From assembly GCA_963731735.1 (NCBI GenBank), contig CAVSWO010000002.1, positions 529-64,528 of the forward strand: DNA of 64,000 nucleotides. The letters run 5' to 3'. Under the pieces are notes generated by a model. That model did no database searches and was not told the DNA's origin. It saw nothing but the letters and a program-made list of their open reading frames with translations. The DNA is from Candidatus Kerfeldbacteria bacterium. GTDB lineage: Bacteria; Patescibacteriota; Patescibacteriia; SBBC01; CAIJZX01. Position 1 is the stretch's first letter. The number at the start of each line of letters is the position of its first letter. Shown one piece after another: positions 57,212 through 64,000 of this stretch. A program made the position numbers and the translations under genes.

Positions 57212-57979
57212 TCAGGCTGCCAGATCTTTACCAGGGCCATTCATCTTAAGGTGCTTGGAGTTTGCTTCCTTTACTTCCCTGTCGTACTTATCACACAACT
57301 CCTCGAATTCTCGAAAGTGGCCATTGTCTTTTCTTAGGGCTTGCAGCGTAAGTGTACTATTCGGGTATTGATCTTTAACAGTGTTGGAAACCAGTGACCT
57401 GAGAAGTGATCCTCCAAGAAACAGACTACGCTCTGGCTCCGGTAGCAATATCATTGAGTTAAAGAAAACAGCATCTACAACTGCCAGTTCCACTCCTAAG
57501 TTAACGGTTCGTGGGTTTGAATGGGCGTCACCAGATCCATACCTTAGGTGGTGCAAGTATTTTCCACTATTATCGCCAAACCAGTGGGCAACCCCGGTGA
57601 TTTCAGGTTCTCCAAAAACCGAATTATATTGTTGTGCCTCGACTAAAAGCTTCTGAATATTATAGCCAAACTCGTTCTTTGCTTCTGTAAATGCAGTTTC
57701 GGACTTACGTTTCACAGTAATAAAAAATTTCAATGATTTTTCCAGTACTTCGATCATCATTTTGTACATTGTGGGAGCTGTGGCATTGGGCTCTGTGTAA
57801 GCAAGAAGCCTTAGTGCAATATAATCTGAATCACACTGCATCCTAAGCGGCGCTGCAAATCCAAACCAGTTCTCTTCGTGTGGCTGCTGTTTTATACTTC
57901 TTGTCATGTAATCAATGCGGCCGTCTTGTTTGAACTCAGCCCTGACCAAGAGAATCAAGTTATAATCGACTAATGTCAT
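57212..57979 (-). CDS. AT-rich (~42% GC) hypothetical protein with an Rx6H (HEPN-like) motif; a candidate horizontally acquired gene.
   Basis: 255 aa; start taken at the internal MTLVDYNLILLV; motif HHLRYGSGDAHSNPRT. Sits beside tRNA-Glu and the 3'-end repeat. Confidence 0.4.
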   Translation of the reverse strand: MTLVDYNLILLVRAEFKQDGRIDYMTRSIKQQPHEENWFGFAAPLRMQCDSDYIALRLLAYTEPNATAPTMYKMMIEVLEKSLKFFITVKRKSETAFTEAKNEFGYNIQKLLVEAQQYNSVFGEPEITGVAHWFGDNSGKYLHHLRYGSGDAHSNPRTVNLGVELAVVDAVFFNSMILLPEPERSLFLGGSLLRSLVSNTVKDQYPNSTLTLQALRKDNGHFREFEELCDKYDREVKEANSKHLKMNGPGKDLAA

Positions 57980-57997
57980 TATGTGTAGGTATTGGTA

Positions 57998-58017
57998 CCG
58001 CCAAGGGGATTCCTTCT
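57998..58017 (-). repeat. 20-nt perfect direct repeat of the tRNA-Glu 3' end (GAATCCCCTTGGCGGTACCA in tRNA orientation), 153 nt downstream of the tRNA.
   Basis: Read directly: plus-strand TGGTACCGCCAAGGGGATTC occurs at 57998 and at 58171. Confidence 0.9.
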
Positions 58018-58170
58018 CCTCCACGACTCGCGACCCGACGGGTTCCCGCTCGTCGCTCCCCCGAAGCCGGGGTTCCTCTCCGAGTGCCACCGGCACTCGT
58101 TTCGGATACCCTTCGAATCCAGGTCTCAATCGCCAGGATGCCCGACCGCGAGGGTCGGCCACTCTGGCGA

Positions 58171-58248
58171 TGGTACCGCCAAGGGGATTCGAACCCCTGT
58201 TACCAGGATGAGAACCTGGCGTCCTAGACCGGACTAGACGATGGCGGC
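58171..58248 (-). tRNA. tRNA-Glu (anticodon CUC), with an encoded CCA.
   Basis: Minus strand GCCGCCATCGTCTAGTCCGGTCTAGGACGCCAGGTTCTCATCCTGGTAACAGGGGTTCGAATCCCCTTGGCGGTACCA; anticodon loop TTCTCAT. Confidence 0.85.
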
Positions 58249-58258
58249 AAGCAGCAGC

Positions 58259-58287
58259 ACTCTACAGGAAAAAATCCATAAAATCAA
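58259..58287 (-). promoter_or_regulatory. Promoter TTGATT-N17-TAGAGT for tRNA-Glu.
   Basis: Minus strand TTGATTttatggattttttcctgTAGAGT, 10 nt before the tRNA 5' end. Confidence 0.6.
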
Positions 58288-58417
58288 GACTGATAAGTTT
58301 ATCTGATTATGCTCGATTCCTGCTAAAACAAAACAGCTGTGACGCTTGACGTTGAGTCTTCGATCGTGAGACTCGACGCGCGGTCGACAGCCATTTTGGT
58401 TTCGTGATGTTTCGAAA

Positions 58418-58639
58418 TTAGAGCAGCCGGTTCGTCCGTTCCGTGTTCAAGAAAACACCAGCCATCACGCTCAGCATACCCATCAACAGATGGAAGACTG
58501 GGTCGCCGAAAAGCTGCTGGGTACCGATTTGGTTGATGAAACCGTACTGGACCCAGAACGCCATAAGACCGTTAACGAGACCGAACCAGAAGAAGGCTTT
58601 GGCCAAGACGGACATATCAAATTTCCACATTGCGTTCAC
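58418..58639 (-). CDS. Small membrane protein.
   Basis: 73 aa with two TM helices. Confidence 0.4.
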   Translation of the reverse strand: MNAMWKFDMSVLAKAFFWFGLVNGLMAFWVQYGFINQIGTQQLFGDPVFHLLMGMLSVMAGVFLNTERTNRLL

Positions 58640-58717
58640 CTCCTTTCGGTTTTTGGCCGAACGTATTCGGCTGGGGATAATTGCTCGTATTAGTATACCA
58701 CACTGATGCCGGACTGT

Positions 58718-59749
58718 TTACGCAAGTGCTTGCTGACCAACGGCCACGGCCTGCTCAACAAAACGGTTCGAATACCCCCATTCGTTATCATACCAGGCGC
58801 CGACTTTGACCAGATCATTATCGATCACCTTGGTCAGCGGTAAATCGACAATCGCCGAATGCGGGTTACCTTTGAAGTCCGAGGACACGAGCGGTTCGGT
58901 GTTGACCGCTAAAATGCCGCGCATGTCCGGACGCGCGGCCCAACGGGAAAAGGCTTCATTCACGGCTTCGATGGTGGTGGTCTTATTCGTCAGGAAAGTG
59001 AAATCCGTATAGGAGACGACCAGGCTCGGAACCCGGAGCGCGTACCCGTCAAACTTACCCTGTAAATCCGTCAAGACTTCGGTGGTCGAAATGGCCGCCC
59101 CGGAAGTGGTCGGAACAATATTCATGGCGGCCGCCCGCGCCCGGCGCAAATCCGGATGCAGCGGCGGAACCGGACCATCCACTAAATTCTGTTCGGCGGT
59201 GTAGGAATGAATGGTTGTCATGCCGGCTTTTTTGACCCCGAACTCATGCATCATCACGCGCGTCACCGGTGAAACGCAGTTGGTGGTACAGGAAGCGTTG
59301 GAAATAACCGCGTCGCCATGGTTGTCGCTTTCGTTCACGCCGAGCAGGTAGGTTTTGATGTCGCCGCCTTTGGTTGGCGCCGAAACGATCACCCGTTTGG
59401 TACCTGATTCGAGGTGAACCTTAGCCGCGCCGTCTTTGGTAAAGCGACCGGTGCATTCCATCACCACGTCAACCTGTAATTCCTTCCAAGGTAACTTGGC
59501 CGGATCCTTTTCCGATAAAAATTTGATGCGGTGGCCGGCGACTTCCAGCGCGTCCCCGAGAACCTTGACCGACTTCGTGTAGGGACCGTAGGCGGTGTCG
59601 TAGCGTAACAAGTGAGCCATGACTTCCAGGCTGCCAAGATCGTTGATGGCCACGATTTCAAGCTCCGGTTTTTCAATCGCGATTTTGAGTGCATTGCGAC
59701 CAATCCGGCCGAAACCGTTGAAGGCAATGCGAATAGGACGAGTCGGCAT
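58718..59749 (-). CDS. gap: Type I glyceraldehyde-3-phosphate dehydrogenase.
   Basis: NGFGRIGR, ASCTTNC, and an N-terminal Rossmann fold. 343 aa. Confidence 0.9.
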   Translation of the reverse strand: MPTRPIRIAFNGFGRIGRNALKIAIEKPELEIVAINDLGSLEVMAHLLRYDTAYGPYTKSVKVLGDALEVAGHRIKFLSEKDPAKLPWKELQVDVVMECTGRFTKDGAAKVHLESGTKRVIVSAPTKGGDIKTYLLGVNESDNHGDAVISNASCTTNCVSPVTRVMMHEFGVKKAGMTTIHSYTAEQNLVDGPVPPLHPDLRRARAAAMNIVPTTSGAAISTTEVLTDLQGKFDGYALRVPSLVVSYTDFTFLTNKTTTIEAVNEAFSRWAARPDMRGILAVNTEPLVSSDFKGNPHSAIVDLPLTKVIDNDLVKVGAWYDNEWGYSNRFVEQAVAVGQQALA

Positions 59750-59751
59750 GG

Positions 59752-60537
59752 TTACGCGTGTGAGTCGATAATAGCTGACGCCATTGTAACAAATTCTTCG
59801 GCCTTGAGGCTAGCGGTACCAACCAAGGCGCCGTCATAGCCGTCCGGAGAAATATAGCGGGTAATATTTTTCGCATCCACGCTGCCGCCATAGAGAATAC
59901 TAAAGTGCCGATCAACTACCGGTTCATCATACAAATCAACCAGCACCTGATGAATTACCTGGCGCATGTGTTCGGCGATGGCCGGGTCGGCCGGTTGGCC
60001 GGTGCCAATCGCCCAAATCGGTTCGTAGGCGATTGCCATCCGGTGTCCTCGCCCGGGCGGCGGCAGACTGCGAAAGGCGGCCTGGAGTTGCTGCCGGACG
60101 ACCGCTTCGTGCTGATGGTCGGCCCGCTGGGCGGCTGTCTCGCCGACGCACAAAATCGGCTGCAATTCATGGCCGAGTGCCGCCACCATTTTCCGGGAGA
60201 CCATCGCGTCGGTTTCGCCCAGCAACTGTCGCCGTTCGGAATGGCCGACAATCACGTAGGTCGCCCCCAGCCCTCGCAAGTCCTGGGGTGACACCTCGCC
60301 GGTAAAGGCGCCGCGTCGATCCCAAAACGTATCCTGGGCGCCGAGCTGGACCGTTGAGCCCGCTAGGATTCTCCCTACCTCCGGCAGACTGATGTAACTT
60401 GGACACAGCACTAACCGCACACCGCTGGTCAGATTGGCGGATTGCTGAACGATGGCCGCAGCCACAGCTGCCGCCTGACTGGGCGAAAGCTGCATCTTCC
60501 AATTGGCGGCCAGAATCGGCCAGTGTGAACTAGCCAT
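59752..60537 (-). CDS. tpiA: Triosephosphate isomerase.
   Basis: AANWKM, VGHSERR, YEPIWAIGTG. Confidence 0.9.
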   Translation of the reverse strand: MASSHWPILAANWKMQLSPSQAAAVAAAIVQQSANLTSGVRLVLCPSYISLPEVGRILAGSTVQLGAQDTFWDRRGAFTGEVSPQDLRGLGATYVIVGHSERRQLLGETDAMVSRKMVAALGHELQPILCVGETAAQRADHQHEAVVRQQLQAAFRSLPPPGRGHRMAIAYEPIWAIGTGQPADPAIAEHMRQVIHQVLVDLYDEPVVDRHFSILYGGSVDAKNITRYISPDGYDGALVGTASLKAEEFVTMASAIIDSHA

Positions 60538-61123
60538 CGGCAGGCGCGGATGTTTCCTGATCAGGCGTTTCAGCCTGGACGTCGATGGGCTGCGGATTCA
60601 AGAGCTGATCGAGGTTTTCATTTTGGTTGAGCTCCTGGTAATCCGGCAGTTCTTGAATCCCGTTCAAACCGAGATACCGAACAAAGTCGGCGGTGACCTG
60701 ATAGGAGGTCTGCAGTTTATCTTTGTGATGTTTGGCTTCAATCAAACCCTTGATCATCAGGTTGCGTAAAATCAAGGCGCAGTTGACGCCGCGAATCGTG
60801 TCTAACTGAATTTTCGAAATCGGACCGCGGTAGGCCACAATCGTCAACGTCTCCAGGGCCGGCCGGGTCAGTTCACCGGCCTGCTCTTCCTTCAAGAAAT
60901 CGGTGATCAGTTTGCTGTTCAGCGGGTTGGTCACCAGCTGCACGGTCGTGCTGTGTTTGAGCAGATTAATCCCCTGTTCGTCCTGGTTATATTTTTCTGT
61001 TAAGCCGGCCACGGCGGATTCGATCTGATCGGGTTTAACGCCGCAAAGTTCAGCCAGTCGTTTGATGGTCAACGGTTTGGTTGAAGCAAATAGGAGACTT
61101 TCGATTTTTCCGGACAGTTCCAT
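60530..61123 (-). CDS. scpB: Segregation and condensation protein B.
   Basis: LLFASTKPLTIKRL...tandem wHTH; 197 aa; follows scpA. Confidence 0.8.
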   Translation of the reverse strand: MELSGKIESLLFASTKPLTIKRLAELCGVKPDQIESAVAGLTEKYNQDEQGINLLKHSTTVQLVTNPLNSKLITDFLKEEQAGELTRPALETLTIVAYRGPISKIQLDTIRGVNCALILRNLMIKGLIEAKHHKDKLQTSYQVTADFVRYLGLNGIQELPDYQELNQNENLDQLLNPQPIDVQAETPDQETSAPADG

Positions 61124-61127
61124 AGGC

Positions 61128-61835
61128 TTAGGTTATCGACTCAATGATTATAGCTTGAATATCCACATCGCCGAAGCGATCGGCTTGATTGACCGTGGCG
61201 TGGCGCTGTTTGACCAGTTCCAGAACCGCCAAAAAGGTCACGATCGCCTCAGTCTTGCTTTTGGCCTCGGCCAGCAGGCTGTGCAGCGTGGCCTGGCGCC
61301 GGTCGAGCAACAGCGATTTCACTTGCTCAATTTTTTGCCGGATGTTCATCGTCCGGACCATCACCCGTTGCGGCAGCTTGACGATCGGCTCCAGTTCCAT
61401 CAACACCCCGGCGAACAAATCACGCATGGTGTCCAACGTCAGGTGCTGCGGCGGATTAAAAATCGGTTCGATCGTGGCGTATCCATCGCGCGGATAGCCA
61501 ACCCGATGCCGGTTCCAAAGTTTCGTAACTTTTTTGGACGCCTCGATGAAGGCTTGGTACATCTTGAGCTGGCGTTCCAATTCCAAGCCGGTCTCATCCT
61601 CCGGAGCATCGCCGGGCACCATTAGGCGTGACTTGATGACCAACAGCTTGGCCGCCACGACCAAAAAATCCGCCAGCTCATCGGCTGGTAATTCTTCCAA
61701 ACCTTGAAGCTCGGCAATATATTGTTCGGTCACCGTGGCCAGGGAAATCTGGCTGATATCCATCTCCTGCCGTTCAATCAGTTGGAGCAGCAGGTCGAGC
61801 GGGCCGTTGAAGGTGTGGCTTTGAACGTGTCGCAT
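61128..61835 (-). CDS. scpA: Segregation and condensation protein A.
   Basis: FNGPLDLLLQLIERQEMDI is the ScpA N-terminus. Confidence 0.85.
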   Translation of the reverse strand: MRHVQSHTFNGPLDLLLQLIERQEMDISQISLATVTEQYIAELQGLEELPADELADFLVVAAKLLVIKSRLMVPGDAPEDETGLELERQLKMYQAFIEASKKVTKLWNRHRVGYPRDGYATIEPIFNPPQHLTLDTMRDLFAGVLMELEPIVKLPQRVMVRTMNIRQKIEQVKSLLLDRRQATLHSLLAEAKSKTEAIVTFLAVLELVKQRHATVNQADRFGDVDIQAIIIESIT

Positions 61836-61841
61836 GAAATC

Positions 61842-62345
61842 CTAGCGGCGTTTGGCGCGGGTGGTTTTTGTTTTGGCCGGGGCGGCTTCGGAAACGTTGC
61901 CGACCGTCGGCTCTTCAAGTTGTACGTAGTCTTTGATCTTCATCCGGATTGAATCGGTGAACGAACCGGCGCCGAATAACGCGTCACGGAGTTTCAGCAA
62001 ACCGCGGTCCATGACCACGCTGACCCGGTGGAGTTTCCCGAACGGACTCAGGGCACCCGGTTTGACCTTAAACTGTTTGACCATCTCCCCTTCTTTGGCC
62101 AGCCGGACCGTTTTGGCTTTCAATAATTTCTTGATGGCCGGGAGATTCAATCGGCGATTGGCGGCCAGGATGACCAAGTGATAATCACGATCGGCTTTAA
62201 TTAACAATGTTTTAACGATCGCGTTGGCCTTGACCTTCGTGGTTTGGGAAAGATCATAGACGGTAAAGACCGTCTTGTGTTCCAGCGGTTCAAATTTGAG
62301 CTTGGTTTTTTTGAGATAGGTGGTAACTTTGGCGGGAATAGGCAT
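61842..62345 (-). CDS. YbaK/ProX-like aminoacyl-tRNA deacylase domain protein.
   Basis: VKTLLIKADRDYHLVILAANRRLNLPAIKKLL...SPFG pattern. Start at MPIPAKV; the upstream part of the track ORF is low-complexity. Confidence 0.65.
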   Translation of the reverse strand: MPIPAKVTTYLKKTKLKFEPLEHKTVFTVYDLSQTTKVKANAIVKTLLIKADRDYHLVILAANRRLNLPAIKKLLKAKTVRLAKEGEMVKQFKVKPGALSPFGKLHRVSVVMDRGLLKLRDALFGAGSFTDSIRMKIKDYVQLEEPTVGNVSEAAPAKTKTTRAKRR

Positions 62346-62356
62346 CGTGATGATGA

Positions 62357-62659
62357 TTAGTGAAAGGTAAGGCGTTGTTGTTGGCCGAGGGCGCGGCGGG
62401 CGGTCGCCCGGCCGAGCGGCGTCAGTTGGACTTCCTGGATAAACCACTTCTTGGGCGTCCGGCGTCCGTAGCCGATCAGCAGGCCCTTGTCGATCAGCCG
62501 CTCGAGCGAGCGCGTTAGGCTGTCGGTGGTTTCCTTGGTGGCGCTCCGGCGGTAAAAGCTTTGAAAGACCGAACGCGGGATGTGCGCTCGCGCGCGCCCG
62601 TAGCATTCCCGCAGAATAAAGCGTTGGAGAGCCGACAGACGCATGGACATCGACATCAA
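62357..62659 (-). CDS. Small winged-helix DNA-binding protein, hypothetical.
   Basis: 100 aa, 4-nt overlap with the aspS stop; LERLIDKGLLIGYGRRTPKKWF is wHTH-like. Confidence 0.45.
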   Translation of the reverse strand: MMSMSMRLSALQRFILRECYGRARAHIPRSVFQSFYRRSATKETTDSLTRSLERLIDKGLLIGYGRRTPKKWFIQEVQLTPLGRATARRALGQQQRLTFH

Positions 62660-64000
62660 TCCGGCGATTCCGATCGAATTTGGACGTGGGCCTCGCGCAG
62701 GGTAGCCGGCGGTAAGTCGCTGGGGGCGCCCATCATCAGATCCCGGGCATCACCGGTTTTTGGAAAGGCAATCACTTCACGGATGTTCGGTTCGTTGGCC
62801 AGTACCATCACCAGTCGGTCGATCCCCGGCGCCATGCCGCCGTGCGGCGGGGCGCCGTAGCGAAAAGCTTTCAGCATGTGCCCGAACCGGGCCTCAATTT
62901 CTTGGTCGCTCAAGCCGAGCACCTGAAAAACTTTTTGCTGGAGCTCGGGTTGGTGGATCCGGATCGACCCCGATGAAATTTCAAATCCGTTCAGCACCAG
63001 GTCATAGGACCAGGCGCGGACCGCCAACGGGTCATCCGCCAACTTGGCCACATCATCGGGGTGCGGCATACAGAACGGGTGGTGGAGTGATTGGATTTTC
63101 CCTTGACTGTTTTTTTCAAACATCGGGAAATCAACGATCCAGGCGAAGGCTAATTCATTCGGGTCGTTTGGATCGCGGCGGAGATCCGGCTTATCCGTTT
63201 GATACTTTTTGATCGCCTCCGCGTAGGTCAACCGCGGAAACGGATCAGCGCTCAATTTTTTTTCGGGCGTAACCGTCGCCACCAGCTCGCGCATCAGCCG
63301 TTCGTTCAATTCCAGGACGGCGGCCTGGTCAACAAATGACATTTCTAAATCGAGTTGGGTAAATTCCGGCTGGCGGTCACCGCGTTGGTCTTCATCTCGG
63401 AAACAGCGGGCGATTTGGAAATAGCGTTCAATCCCGGCCACCATTAAGAGCTGTTTAAATTGCTGCGGACTCTGCGGCAAGGTATAAAACTTTCCGGCGT
63501 GTAAGCGTGAGGGAACAATGTATTCGCGGGCACCTTCGGGCGTGCCCTTGGTCACGTACGGAGTTTCGACTTCGATGAAACCTTCCTGGTCGAGCCAAGT
63601 TCGAATAAACTGGACGACCCGGTGACGGAGCCGGAGATTGGCCTGCATCCGTTGACTGCGTAAATCCAGATACCGATGGGTCAAGCGGGTTTCTTCACTG
63701 ATCTGCCGCGTATCATCAAGCGGAAACGGCGGTGTTTCGGCGGTCGACAGAATCGTCAACCGCTTGGCCTGAATTTCGATCGCGCCGGTGGGCATTTTCT
63801 GATTGACGTTTTTCGGCGAGCGTTCGGCTACCTGGCCCTCGACCGCAATCACAAATTCATCGCGCAGCTGCTTGGCTTGCTCGTATTCCTGACATTCGCC
63901 GGGCGCGAAGACAACCTGAACTTGGCCGGTCCGGTCGCGGAGGTGGACAAAAATAATCTTGCCCATGTCGCGGCGGACGTGGACCCAGCCCTGGAGCATC
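62656..64000 (-). CDS. aspS: Aspartate--tRNA ligase; the N-terminus lies beyond the window end.
   Basis: Class II aaRS motifs (FRDEDQRGDRQPEFTQLDLEMSF, GGMAPGIDRLVM); the anticodon-binding OB fold sits at the window edge. Confidence 0.9.
   Translation of the reverse strand, partial: MLQGWVHVRRDMGKIIFVHLRDRTGQVQVVFAPGECQEYEQAKQLRDEFVIAVEGQVAERSPKNVNQKMPTGAIEIQAKRLTILSTAETPPFPLDDTRQISEETRLTHRYLDLRSQRMQANLRLRHRVVQFIRTWLDQEGFIEVETPYVTKGTPEGAREYIVPSRLHAGKFYTLPQSPQQFKQLLMVAGIERYFQIARCFRDEDQRGDRQPEFTQLDLEMSFVDQAAVLELNERLMRELVATVTPEKKLSADPFPRLTYAEAIKKYQTDKPDLRRDPNDPNELAFAWIVDFPMFEKNSQGKIQSLHHPFCMPHPDDVAKLADDPLAVRAWSYDLVLNGFEISSGSIRIHQPELQQKVFQVLGLSDQEIEARFGHMLKAFRYGAPPHGGMAPGIDRLVMVLANEPNIREVIAFPKTGDARDLMMGAPSDLPPATLREAHVQIRSESPD

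Noticed and set aside
1-64000. CRISPR arrays.
   Set aside because: No run of regularly spaced direct repeats of 25-40 bp was seen anywhere. The only repeat families are the 20-bp intergenic motif (5 copies, irregular spacing of 0.6-1.6 kb) and the tRNA 3'-end duplications.

Overview
This 64-kb window is a gene-dense bacterial chromosomal segment at roughly 55-60% GC, with markedly AT-rich patches at 1-660, around 12.1-12.4 kb and at 57.1-58.0 kb. Most genes lie on the minus strand. The gene content (deoxyhypusine-synthase-like fusion protein, orphan VirD4-like coupling ATPase, D1-only membrane-anchored Clp-like AAA+ protein, many small membrane proteins, several leaderless promoters, HrcA/CIRCE heat-shock control) is compatible with a small-genome, possibly CPR/Patescibacteria-like or other Gram-positive-like lineage; that placement is inference only.

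Recognisable content, in order:
- 0-4.5 kb: a polyprenyl-phosphate sugar / surface-glycan locus (GT2 fragment, frameshifted DUF2304-like gene, GT2, two NAD-dependent sugar epimerase/dehydratase genes, GT2, GtrA).
- 4.5-8.9 kb: a secreted S8 subtilase split by a frameshift, an HtrA-like PDZ protein and a membrane protein.
- 9-22.8 kb: mutY, deoxynucleoside kinase, a REP-associated tyrosine transposase (RAYT) carrying a 30-bp perfect palindrome, PGI/PMI, tandem malQ paralogs, a Cas4/RecB-like nuclease, a VIT-family transporter, cyclophilin, an M23 peptidase and a DHS-like fusion protein.
- 22.8-29.7 kb: tRNA-Gln followed by a structured spacer and a direct repeat of its own 3' end, dnaX, NUDIX hydrolase, a SAM methyltransferase, a VirD4-like ATPase and a Pro-rich protein.
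- 29.9-36.5 kb: a lipoprotein pair, a CorA-N-like / small-TM / Clp-D1 operon, leaderless cysS, and dus preceded by two diverged in-phase copies of its own 5' end.
- 36.6-44.4 kb: dnaJ (CIRCE), an operon with a large Cys-bracketed-repeat surface protein, DUF3467 and a membrane protein, MazG, a ~610-nt GC-rich ORF-less transcription unit, hypothetical proteins and a HAD hydrolase.
- 44.8-48.7 kb: a cassette-like accessory stretch punctuated by five copies of a 20-bp GC-rich motif.
- 48.7-52.8 kb: the heat-shock operon hrcA-grpE-hsp20-(Zn-ribbon)-dnaK with CIRCE.
- 52.9-64 kb: PgeF, GT4, an HD-domain hydrolase, an AT-rich HEPN-like gene next to a tRNA-Glu that repeats the tRNA-Gln architecture, gap, tpiA, scpB, scpA, a YbaK-like deacylase, a small wHTH protein and the 3' part of aspS.

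Three genes carry apparent single-nucleotide frameshifts, two of them in CGCGCG runs, so assembly indels are likely.
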